Positions 19,964 to 32,214 of a stretch of 64,000 nucleotides of DNA are shown one piece after another (within the stretch, counting starts at the first letter, position 1; every line of letters starts with the position of its first letter). The stretch spans positions 32,001-96,000 of IMG/VR virus record IMGVR_UViG_3300017589_000061; one strand, given 5' to 3'. Both the position numbers and the translations under genes were made by a program. Source of the DNA: a virus. The notes under the pieces are model-generated. The model did not search any database. It saw only the letters and a list, made by a program, of their open reading frames with translations, and had not been told where the DNA came from.

Positions 19964-22900
19964 TAAAATTAGAATTTTAAAAGATTATATTAAAAGCATA
20001 CAGAGATATGCAAATATACTCTTTATAAATATATAAGAATGATTATATGTTTATAAAGCTTTTAAAATAAAAATAAAGGAGTAATAAAAATGAATGTAAA
20101 TAAAAATAGCATGATTGAATTATTGGAAAATGAACTGGAGGACTTTAAGAACTTGCAAGAAAAATATAAAAATGATATTGACGAATTCGCTTTTTATAAT
20201 GGATGTGTTAGCACTATAGAATATTTATTAATAAAAATAAAGGAGTAATAAAGCTATGAATGAAAACTTATACAATCATAATCAAGTTATGGATGCTATT
20301 AACAAAATAAAAGATTTTAATGTTACTTGTACAAGAAAAATATATCATAAAACATTATGTTATGACTTTAAAAAAATAATTGAAAATGATTTAATGCCGA
20401 TTAATGACTGGTTATACAATGAGGATATGTTTGCATTTTATAACTATCATGAATTAGTTGAAAAATTATACGATATAACAACAAAAAAAGAAATGGACAC
20501 ATCACTAAATTATTTAAAAGTATCAATAATAAATGATTTATATAAAACATTAGAATTAGCAAGTTAATAAAAATAAAAATAAAAATAAGGAGTAATAAAA
20601 AAATGATAGAAAATGGATTTGTTTATGCAATTGAGCAATACAGTAAAAAGCAAGACAAAATAAAAGCTAAAAATGATAAAAAATCCGATAAAATGCAAAT
20701 CATATATAAAAAATATAATAAGTCACTGGATCAATTAGATAAAAACGAATTATTAAAAAGTGAATATAAAATAGTAATTGATTATATTGAAAATGTATTA
20801 AAATATCCATTACGATGGTATGAAAATTTAATATAAAAATAAATGCAAGGAGTTTATTCCTTGCTATATGGATATAAAAATATTAAAATAGTTTATATCC
20901 TGTATAGCTTGAAATAAGCAAAATAAAAATAATAGGAGTGAAGAAAATGAATAAATTAAGTGAAGCTATTGAGCAAGTAAAACAAGATTGTATTGAAAAT
21001 GGGGAAGCAGAAATAAAAATAAACAATATAACTATATGTGCTGAATGGGTAAGATATACAGAAGATTTAGAAAATTTTGATACAATATTAATATCAATAT
21101 TCGAAAACAATAAACATAAATTCAATTATTTTTTAAACAATGAAATAAAAGTAATAGTATAATAAATATCATGTTTTATGTACTGGGAAAATGTATTATA
21201 ATAAAAATATAAAAATAATAGGAGAATGCAGAAAATGAAAAAATATAAATATCAATTGGATGTAGTGGAAACAATTTATGATGAACATTTTTGTTTGTTA
21301 TACAATATTTATAATGAAGCTGAAGAAAATGAAAATGGATTTAATACAATGTTATTAATTTGTGACATACCAAACAGAAAACAAATACAATTAAATGATA
21401 CAGAAGAAAATAGAAATTATTGCATGAATAGAATTGAAAAATATTTATTATGGGAATAAAACTTATATTTTATAAAAATAAAAATAATATGGAGAATCAA
21501 AATGATAGTTAAAAATAATATAATAAATTTAAATAATATACTGGGAAATTTAAGCTTTGATTGTTATTACAATGTAAATTATAAAAATGGTAAAAGAAAG
21601 TATAAATATAATCAAAGTTATTCATTAAATGATGAAGCATTAAAATGTTTAGAATTGTTAAAAATAGCAAATAAAAACGATATAACAATTGATGAAGAAG
21701 AAGAAATAAAAGCTTTTTTATTAAGATATAAATTACTCAATGAAAGTTATTTACTGGATAATAAAGAATATATAAAATTAAAAGTAAGTTAAATAAAATT
21801 AGCATAGTTAATGCTATGCTACAAGCATATAAAAATATTTATGTGTTTGTAATTTAGCATAAATAAAAATATATTAAAAAGGAGTAACAATGGATAAAAA
21901 ATATAAAAATTACTATGAAAACATGATAAAAGAATACACAGAAAATAATAAAAACGGATGCAATAATGCAAAAATTGAATTTTATAAAAACAAATTAAAA
22001 GAATTAAAGGAAGGATCTGAAACAAATGATAAAAATATATAATAAAAATTGGAATATCAAAGTATTTGCTGAAAATGTATTCATATTGATATTTTGTATA
22101 ATGTTTATATATTGCTTTATTGGATATATAAAAATAATATCAACAAATATAAGATTATATTAAAAAAGTTATTGCTAAAAATATAAAAATATGATATAAT
22201 AAAAGAAAAAATAAAATTTGAGGAGGATTTAAAGATGTATAGTAAAGATCAAATAACCAAAACTTTAAGTTTTATACAAAATTATGCCAACAAAACGAAT
22301 CAGCAAGCAAAATTTAAACAAACAATAAATTTATTAAAAAAGGAGTTAGAAAAATGACATTAAGAGCCGTAAAAAAAGCATTAAAAAAACAAGATTACAA
22401 AAAGCATATATTAAATTATTGGAATGAATTTGATACAATTTATATCGAATTTGATGATGGACAGCAAATAAAATTAGACTTTGACTTAAATATAATTTAA
22501 TTATTTTGTATCGATTATTAATTTAATTATTTAATAATCGATATTAAGCAATTAAAATATAAAATAAAAGGAGCATATAATTATGGATAGCAAAGAACAC
22601 ATAAAAAGATGTGAGGAATTATTAAAAGAAGCAGCAAGCAGAATAAATATGATAATTGAATTAAAAGAATACAAAGAAGGAAGAAAAGTTATAGGAATAG
22701 AAATATTATTAAAGAATGGAAAAGGTTTAATTTATAAAAATTATGACGATGTATCAGATATGTTGGGTTATATACATGGGTACGAATATAATTTATAAAT
22801 CATTCTTTTATATGTTATATATAATAGCTTTAAGGGCATTAAATAAGGTTTAAAGCATTGAAATTATCAAGATTGATGGCAAATAAAAATATAAAAATGT

Positions 22901-24902
22901 TTATAAGTTTGTAGAAAGCTTTTAAAAATAAAATAAAAAGGAAGTAGAAAATTGAAAAATATAAAAAAGTGGTTAATAAATAATAATATTGAATTTGAAA
23001 TAGTTAATAATTATATTGTTATTTATAAAGAAAAAAATTGTTGTTGGATCAACGGATATAATGAAAAAATGTACTATGATAAAAAAATAAGCATATATCA
23101 AAATACATACAAAGAATATATAATAGGCGAAACAATAGGCTATAATTTAGGCGGTAAAATATATCAAAGTGGGAAACAAACAAATATAATTGAATTTTTA
23201 AATAAGAAATTAATATAAAAATAATAAAAATATAAAATGGAGGTTTTAACACTATGAAAAATTTATTAGCTAGTGCAGGAAACAAGGAAGATTTAGAAAA
23301 ATTAATAAATAAATTTTATTATTCAACTAATTACATAATAACAGAAGAAAACGAAATATATAATACAAAACTAAATAAAATAGCTGAAGGAACAAAAATA
23401 ATAGTTAAAAAAGGAAGATGGCGTTTTGAAATGATTGAAGAATAAAAGGTTAATTTTATAAAAATAGGAGGTCGCAAGATGCTAAACAATGAACATATAG
23501 GAAAAATATTACTTGAATTATATAATTATGTAAAAGTTGAAAAAATAGGAATTGCAGGCGGAAAAGAATGGTATTTTATAAATGATAAATATCCCGAAGA
23601 AGTTACAAACGGACAATATCAACTTTGGGATCAAAACTGGATGGATAGAATTTTAAGTAAGCAAGAAGAATATAAAAATAAATTAGAATTACATAAAAAA
23701 GCATTAATTGAGGAAGAAAAAAGAGAAGCTGAAGAAGCAAGATATAAAGCAGAAAAAGAAGATTTATACGGCTTTGATGATGGAAAAAATCCAATGCAAA
23801 AAGGAAAAATATTAAAATGTTTAATGATTTATAACAATTATAGCATAGGTTTTATGACTAGAAAAGATTTTTTAATGATAAGATTAAAAAATGGTTTTAA
23901 ATTAGATTATAAACAGTTTACGAATTATAAAACAGATACAAAAAAATGGTGTTATGTATTAGGAAATGAAAATTGCTTTACTGAAATAACAAAAACAGAA
24001 TATGATTTTGCACAATATTTATTAAACAATAATTTAATTAAAGCCGAACAAATATCATAATAAAAATAAATTGATATTAAGCTGATACAGTGATATCAAA
24101 ATATCAATCTACAAGCCACAGAATGAGTTTTAAGCAAAGAAAATATAAAAACAATATAAAACTATGGAGGATGTAAAAATGAATTATAAAAATGAATATG
24201 AAAAGAGTATGACAAAAATAATTGACGAATGCAAATATAAAACAAATAATATCCCAGTTGGTCAATGGGCATTATGGACAATTTATAGTAATTTAAATAA
24301 TGAAGATCAAAATAATTTTAATGGTCAATTTAATATAATATTAAATAATTTAACAGAATGATAAAATACAAAATTTATTTGATAGATTAAGTTAAAAAAA
24401 TAAATAAAATATGTTGACAAAGTAATAAAAATATGATAGTATGTAGATACTAAAAGAAATCAAATAAAAATATAAAAATAAGGAGAAATAAAAATGACTA
24501 TGAATGAATTTGTAAAAAGAAATAATATTAGAATCAACGTTGAGTGGGCAGAAAGAAATCCAAGTATGGCTGATGATGCATGGAGTAGAACAGCTAATCA
24601 TTACAAAACTACATTAAAAAAAGATAATAAACAATTAACAGTATATTACAGCATGGGATCAGCATTAACTAACGAACCAACGGCTGAAGAAGTTTTAAAT
24701 AGTTTAGCACTTGACGGAAGTGTGTATTTAAATAATAACAGTTTTGAAGATTTTTGTTCAGAATTTGGATATGATGAGGACAGCAGAACAGCAGAAAAAA
24801 CATATAATACAATCATAAAACAAGCTAAAAAAACTGAAAAATTTTTAGGAGCGGAATTGTTTAATCAATTAACATATGATGTTGAGCAATTGTAAAAATA
24901 AA

Positions 24903-24966
24903 ATTTCCTTGATAAGTCTTTGAAAATTAAGACGAAATATCCCTTAATAAAAGGGGTATCGGAAAT
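24903..24966 (+). ncRNA. Type I hammerhead ribozyme
   Basis: Stem I atttcc/ggaaat; core UUGAUAA (U3-A8 covariant); stem II gtctt/aagac; GAAA; stem III tatccctt/aaggggta; AUC cleavage triplet. Confidence 0.85.
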
Positions 24967-25369
24967 AAAAATAAAATTATGGAGGATTTAAGAATATGAA
25001 AAAGACAATATCAAAATATGAGTTTATTGAAGAATTTAAAGAAATGAACAGAGAAAATAATTTTAGTTATGAAGGCAGAATAGCATTATTCGATTATTTA
25101 GAAAGATTAGAAGAAGATACAGGCGAAGAAATGGAATTAGATGTAATTGCTATATGTTGCGATTTTACAGAATATGAAAGCCTTGAAGAGTTTAATAATA
25201 CTTATGGTAAAGATTGTGAATCAATAGAAGATATAGAATATTATACAGCAGTCATTCCAGTTGACGATGAAAAATTTATAATACAAGATTTTTAAATAAA
25301 AACAATAATAAAAATATAGATTAAATTTTATACATGAGATATAAAAATCTATAACTAAAAGGTGATTAA

Positions 25370-25630
25370 ATGGAATTACAAAACATTATAAAAATAGCGG
25401 ATCAATATAATAATACCGATAAAGATATTATTAAAAATAATATAATCAATTATATCAATGAATCAGAATATAACAGGGACAGCCAAAAATTAGCTGATAA
25501 AATAGGGGTATCAATACAAACAGTATATTCATATAGAAAACAAGAACAGGGTAATATTCCCGACTTTGTGACAGCTTTAAAATTAGTAAATGAATTAAAT
25601 ATAAAAATAAATGATCTTATGGAGGATTAA
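25370..25630 (+). CDS. XRE-family HTH regulator
   Basis: SQKLADKIGVSIQTVYSY...IPDFVTALKL. Confidence 0.75.
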   Translation: MELQNIIKIADQYNNTDKDIIKNNIINYINESEYNRDSQKLADKIGVSIQTVYSYRKQEQGNIPDFVTALKLVNELNIKINDLMED

Positions 25631-27599
25631 AAATGATAGCCATATTAAAAAAGGAATCAAGATATAAAAAATATGAAACGGTTGCATTAATAAAAGATGA
25701 TACAAATAATCAATTTATAGTTGCATATCATTTCAAAGAAGATGATAATTTCAAATCTTATGCAGACACACCAAATGATAATATATTTACATTTTTGGAT
25801 GACGAAACACAACTAGGGGCATTAAAACAAGCTATAAATAAATTTGAAACTATAAGAATATAAAAAAATGCATTAAAATTATACAGGGATATAAAATGCA
25901 TATTTTAATGGCTAAAATGTAAAAATAAGTGTTGAAATTTGAACGTTTTAAGAGTATAATAAAATTAAAAATATAAAAATAGGAGGATTTAAAAATGACA
26001 AGATTTTATTTTGATGATGCAGATGATTACAAATTTGGCAACATGGGAAGATTAGAACACGAAGGAAAGATTTATGTATTAGAAGAAGGAGCAGATTTTA
26101 CAAGTAGACAAATAACAGAAAGATCACAGGATTACAATTTCTTTGAATTATCAGCACTTGCACACGATTTAAGTGGAAATAAATATAGTGTTTATTGGGT
26201 ATTCGAAGATGAAGGAAAAGAGTTAGACGAATATGACTACAGCGATATTGACAGAATAATAGAAATATAAAAATTAGAATAGCTTAAATGCTATTCTACC
26301 AGTAAATAAAAATAATTTGTCTATTGGTAAAATAGCATTTATAAAAATAAATTAAAAGGAGGAAATATTATGTTTGCTATTATTAATAAAAATAAACAAT
26401 ATCTAACAAGAAGGGGAATTGATGCAGATTACACTTTTACAGACAATAATAATTTTGCTTATGTGTGGGGAACAATTAATGAAGCTGAAGCAGTAAGAAA
26501 TATATTGACAGATTATCAAGGAGTTAATGATCTTGAAATAGTAGCAATATAACAACAGTACAGAGGTCATAGAATCGATTTTAAGCAACGAAATAAAAAT
26601 AATAATATGAATTTATGGAGGGTTTAAAAATGTTAAATAGAAATGAAATAGGAATTATAGAATTAAGAGACAATAGTTATGTAATCAGAACTGAAAAGGG
26701 TGATTATAGGTTAGACATATACACTGATGGAGTAGTAGTTGAAAAGGGGTATTATGTAGACGCAAGCAGTCATGGCTACATATGGGAAACTAAAGGATAT
26801 TTATTTCATGAAGATGACAGAAAAATTAAAAGAAGAACTAAAAAAATAGCAAATGAAATAATTCAAGAAATAGTTACAATGTTATGTGAAAAAGAATTAT
26901 CTGCATAACCAAATAAAAAGTAGATTTCATCATAATAAAAATAATTATAAATTATATTAAAAAAGAGTTGTATTTTTCAAGAAGTAGTATATAATAGAAT
27001 AAAGAAATTAAAATAAAAATAATAAGGAGAAATAAAATGGAAAAGGTTAAATGTGTAAATTGTGATTGGACAGGGACAAGTGATGAATTGGGGTGGGACA
27101 AAAAATTGAAAATTGAATTATGTCCTAAATGTTTTGGAAATGATGGGTTAGAGTTAATGAAATATGATAATAGAGATGCTGATTGTGAAAATTAGAAATA
27201 AATGAATAGCTTAATGCTATTCTATGAACTAATAAAAATAATTATTAGCTGATAGATTGGCATTAAATAAAAATAAAATAAAAAGGAGAAATAAAAATGA
27301 AAAAAGGGTATGTATTATTAGTAGATGATGAGTGGGAATTTGCAGAATTAACAAAGAAAGATGTTGAAAGAATAAAAGATGATATCAATGGAGAATATGC
27401 TGAACAATATTTAATCAAACTTAATAATGGTGAAACAATTGATGTTGGAATAATTGACGATATAAAAGAAGCTGAAGAATATTATAAAAATAAAATGTAT
27501 GAAGCTATGCAAATTTTAAATGACATAGTATATGATGCTGAAAGAAATAGAATTGAGTGGAACGAAGCATTTAATCAAATGAAATGTGAATTTGTATAA

Positions 27600-27669
27600 A
27601 GTGACTTGTATCACTATAAATAGGTTGTTAGGTGCAAGGCGGTTGCTGTCTTAGGATGGCAACATCAAC
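27600..27669 (+). ncRNA. Pistol ribozyme
   Basis: P1 agtga/tcact, loop cttgta pairing with tgcaag (pseudoknot), ataaatag, P2 gttg/caac, ttagg, GCG, P3 gttgctgtc/gatggcaac, AU cleavage site. Confidence 0.85.
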
Positions 27670-29043
27670 AAAATAAAAATAAAAGGAGAAGTAAAATGAA
27701 AAAGAGTAAGTTAGATAACAAATTTAGGCATCATGCATGGTTTAAAGAAGGGGTAACGGTCAGATATGCATTAGATAATTTTGCTAAAACTTCAGATGTT
27801 TATTTGTCGCAGAAACCTAGCAAACATCAATCAATGAGATTATTTGATCCGATAAACTATGATGATATATTGACAGACGGAAGGTATTCTTATAGACCAA
27901 CAGAGGAAGAAAAAGAGTATTATTTAGAGAGAAAGGCTTACTGGAAAGAGCAAAAAGAAATTAAATATAATGAATGGCTAGATACTGAAATTGACGTTGA
28001 TAAAGAGTTAAGAATACATTTAGGAAATAATTCACATTATGATTTGAGAGGCAGTGAATACCAATTAAATATTTGGAGGAATTATAAGGTAACTGAAAAA
28101 ACTATAAAAGATTATAGTATAGATGAAAAAGAGAGAGCAAGATTAATTGAATCTTGGGAAAACAGAATTAAAATGACAAAAATTACAAGAGCAATAATTG
28201 ATGATTTAATTAGTAAATATAAACATGAAATAAAAACAAATAGAGATTTTGAAAATTTTAAACAGATTATAGACGAAGAATTATCAGAAGTGGTAGTATG
28301 GAATACCGAAACGGTAGACTGGGAACTAATAGCATAATAAATATAAAAATAATAAAAGAGGTGTTTTAATATGGTAAAAATGTTAAAGTATAAAGATATA
28401 TTATTTGATGATTATTCAAAAGACGAATACGGAACATACTCAACAATATGTAAAAAGTGTCAAGAAAAATATAAAAATAATCTATCCAATAATGAAATTG
28501 ATAATGGAACAGGTGGAGGTGTTTGTGGAGTTAAGGGTTGTACAGAATCAGATTGGGAAACAGAAATTGATGTTGAATATATAGATTTTAAAGATGGTGA
28601 ATTTGAGATAGTAGAAATATAACAATAAAATTATAATAAAAGGGGAAGTAAAATGAATGATGAAGAAAGAAAAGAATTAGAAGAATTCAAAGAAATAGAA
28701 TGCGAATTCAAATGTGTTGGATGTAAAATGGCACAATTATGTTATGAAGAATCTAAAGAACAGGCAATAAAAGAAGGGTGGTATTAAAAATGAAAGATAG
28801 TTATTTTGTAAAACAAGATTTATTAAAATATAAAAATGAATTAGAAATAAAAATAAAAAACTCCAAAGGTCAAGAATATTTTGAAGATTTTTATGGTGGT
28901 GAATTAAGAGGTATAAATATGGCAATAGATTTTATTGATGGATATTTATATTATAAAGATGATATGTTATTTAACAAATAAAAATATAATAATAAAATTA
29001 AAAATAAAAAAGATGTGGTTTATGTGAGGGGTGGAATAGTAGT

Positions 29044-29265
29044 ATGGCAAAATTAAATAACGATTGGTGGAATACGTTTGGAGGTAGTTTTGAAACTGAA
29101 GAAGATGTGATTGAATTTATTTTTGAAAAATTAGATACAAAAAAATGGGAAGATAGCTATATTGATATGGGAGGATATGGTGAACCAAATGAAATGTTTA
29201 AGCAAACAGTTGAAGATAAAAAGAATTTATTGTATGAATTTATGATGAGTTTAGTGAATAAATAA
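29044..29265 (+). CDS. Hypothetical protein, paralog of 48080-48301
   Basis: 60/73 aa identical by manual alignment. Confidence 0.75.
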   Translation: MAKLNNDWWNTFGGSFETEEDVIEFIFEKLDTKKWEDSYIDMGGYGEPNEMFKQTVEDKKNLLYEFMMSLVNK

Positions 29266-30154
29266 AATTATAAAAAGGAGGGTATAAGATGGAAACTATA
29301 ATATGTATTAAAAACTATATAACAGATGGAGAAACTTTCACACAAGGAGAAAATTACGAAGTAATAGAAGATTGTGGCGATAATAGTGTATATGTATTTT
29401 CTAATGAAGGGAATGTAACTTGGTTAGATTTAGAATATGAAGAAATTGAAAAATATTTTATAATTAGATAAATGGAGGATTTTAATATGAAAGATAATAA
29501 ATTTAAAAATGTTTCATCCGATAATTATAGTTTTTTATCAAAAAATAATACACATTGGTGTAACAAATATTGCAACAATGGAACAGCTTCATTAAAGGGT
29601 TTAAGACAATGTTATGATTGGAAGGATGCATATATTGTATTATGTAAAAATGTTTATATGACAATAACAAAAGAAATATTTGAAACATTATAAAAAGGAG
29701 GATATGAAAATGTTAAATAATATAAAAACAACACAGGAATATTTTAATTTGACAATAGATGAATTATTAGAAATAAAAAATAAATATGGTTATACGAGAG
29801 AAGAGTGTAAATTATTTGATGCCGGTGCAACAGTGACTTTTTTTGATGATGAAAAAGAATTTGCTCATGAAATGAAAAACGTAGGTGGTTTTCAGGAATA
29901 TATGGATATCCATAAATATGAAATAAAAGCTATATTAAAAACTATTAATGAACGTATAGCAGTAGTATTAATATAACAATAACAAAGTTACATTAAAAAT
30001 AAAAATGTTATAATATGGGAACGTCATGATAATTGTAATTAAATAATTAGTATAAAATCGTAAATTTATTATATAAAAATAAAGGGGATGTAATAAGATG
30101 GTAAATAAAATATCAGTTGGACAAAGAAGAAAATGGATTGATGAAGATATAGAA

Positions 30155-30228
30155 AGTGGCTTGTACCATTGCAACAAGTCCATTAAGTGCAAGGCGTTTG
30201 GCGGTAGTTAGCGACCGTCAAGGTTGGA
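30155..30228 (+). ncRNA. Pistol ribozyme (second copy)
   Basis: P1 agtgg/ccatt, loop cttgta/tgcaag pseudoknot, P2 tcca/tgga, ttaag, GCG, P3 tttggcggt/accgtcaag, GU cleavage site. Confidence 0.8.
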
Positions 30229-31812
30229 AATATATAAAAATAAGGAGAAATAAAAAAATGAGAGTAAAGTTTGGTAACAGAATAAGATTATGTGCAACAA
30301 TTACACATTCTGACGATAGCAAATTATTAATAATTACAACAATTAGTAATGAAGTATATACAGCAGATATGTTAACAATTAAAAATGCTGAAAATTACTT
30401 TGATAAATTACTTAAATCGGGATATTGTGATTTATCAGAATATGAATATAGTAATTAAATTATAAGTGTATAAAATGATTGTTTTAAACATATAAAAATA
30501 AAAATAGAAAAGGGGATAAAATGAAAATAGGTCATACTTACATAGGAATACATGGGAATAAAAAGGGTTGGAAACATTATTTACTACCTAAAAATTATTA
30601 TGGTAGCAAATGGAAACATTCATATTTTCAATATTATATAAGATGGTTTAATATCTTTTGGTGTAAGCCTAGAAAATGTGAAAAGTGTGGAAATTATATG
30701 GTTGGTGATGGTCATCATATTTGGGATAAAGAAGGAAATAAAATTTTAATAACAGTATGCAGAGAATGTTACAACGAAAAGGGATGTAGTGGTTGGATAG
30801 ATTGGGCGTGGGTTCAGCAAACAAAATAAAAATAATTGAGGTGACAGTATGATACAAATAATATTAATTGGAATTGTGTGGTTGTTTTGTAAGTCATTAG
30901 GAATATAAAAAAAGGAGAATAAAATGAGATCAAAGAGAAATCAAATATATAATTGTTGTAAATTCATTCATTACCTAGATATAGTTGATAGAAATTTTAC
31001 ATTAGATAATTATAAATGGTTAAATGATTTTAATAGCAATGAAATATTTAAAAGTTACAATATTGAATTAAGTAAAAATGAAAAAGAAATGTTAAAATCA
31101 AGATTAGAACAAATAAAAATAAATCATGCTGAAGAAGTAAGAATATATGACGAACAGATACATAAAAAAGCAATGAAGTCACTTGGAGAATTAAGTTATA
31201 TGCTCAGTTTAGTAAGTGGGAATAATCATTATAATGATTTAAAGGGGTTAATGCGATGAATAGAGATATTTTAATAAAAAATATAACAATAATTGAAAAG
31301 TTTGCCGACTGGTTAAGAGAGAAAAGCATTTATGATGATTATGATTATTGTAATATTGATGACTTATTGGATGATGACGATGAAGAAGAGGAAGATGTAG
31401 CGGATAGATTATATAGAATAGTAAAAAATATGGAAAAAGAATTAGAAGTATGTAACAATAAATTATTAGAGAAATATAAAAATAAATTTTAGGAGGATTT
31501 AAAATGGATCAAGAAAATAAAATAAAAAATATTATCAATGAATTAAAATTAAAGTTTCAGGAAAATGTTTATATAGATAAAATAAATCAAATTTATTTTG
31601 TCGAACTGACTCTAAAAAATAAAATTATATTTGGTCAATATAATAATTATAATAAAGAGTTGTATAATGCTTTTAATGAATCGGCACTTACTTCTATTGA
31701 AGAATCAGACAATGATATAATATTAGGTTTTCAATTTTACATATAATCTGTTAGGATAATAAAACAGTTGTTTTAAGAATGTAAAAATAAAAATATAAAG
31801 GAGAATATAACA

Positions 31813-32214
31813 ATGAGTACAAGATCAGCGATAGGCATTAAAAATAGCGATGGTTTTATAACGGGAGTTTATTGCCATTATGATGGTTATTTAGACCACA
31901 ATGGAAGAATTTTAAAGGAACATTATGACAATAAAAACAAAGTTGAAGAATTACTATCTTATGGTGATATGTCAAGTTTAAGAGAAAATATTAATCCAAA
32001 TGATAATGAAGAACATAATTTTGAACACAAACAAAGAGATGTATGTGTATTTTATCATAGGGACAGGGGTGAAAGTTGGGAGGATACTGCTCCATGTGGG
32101 TTTGATAATGAAAAAGATTTTACAGATTACTATAGTGATTCAGATTATTATTACTTGTTTAATAATGGTTGGGAATATAAAACATATAAAAATAATGATT
32201 GGAAAGTGTTATAA
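31813..32214 (+). CDS. Conserved phage protein (MSTRS..YCHYDGY family)
   Basis: MSTRSAIG...GVYCHYDGY...FYHRDRGE. Confidence 0.7.
   Translation: MSTRSAIGIKNSDGFITGVYCHYDGYLDHNGRILKEHYDNKNKVEELLSYGDMSSLRENINPNDNEEHNFEHKQRDVCVFYHRDRGESWEDTAPCGFDNEKDFTDYYSDSDYYYLFNNGWEYKTYKNNDWKVL

Noticed and set aside
30156-30257. N-terminal extension of ORF 30156-30458
   Set aside because: Coincides with the pistol ribozyme; AAGGAG supports a start at 30258. Likewise ORF 45363 probably starts at 45519.
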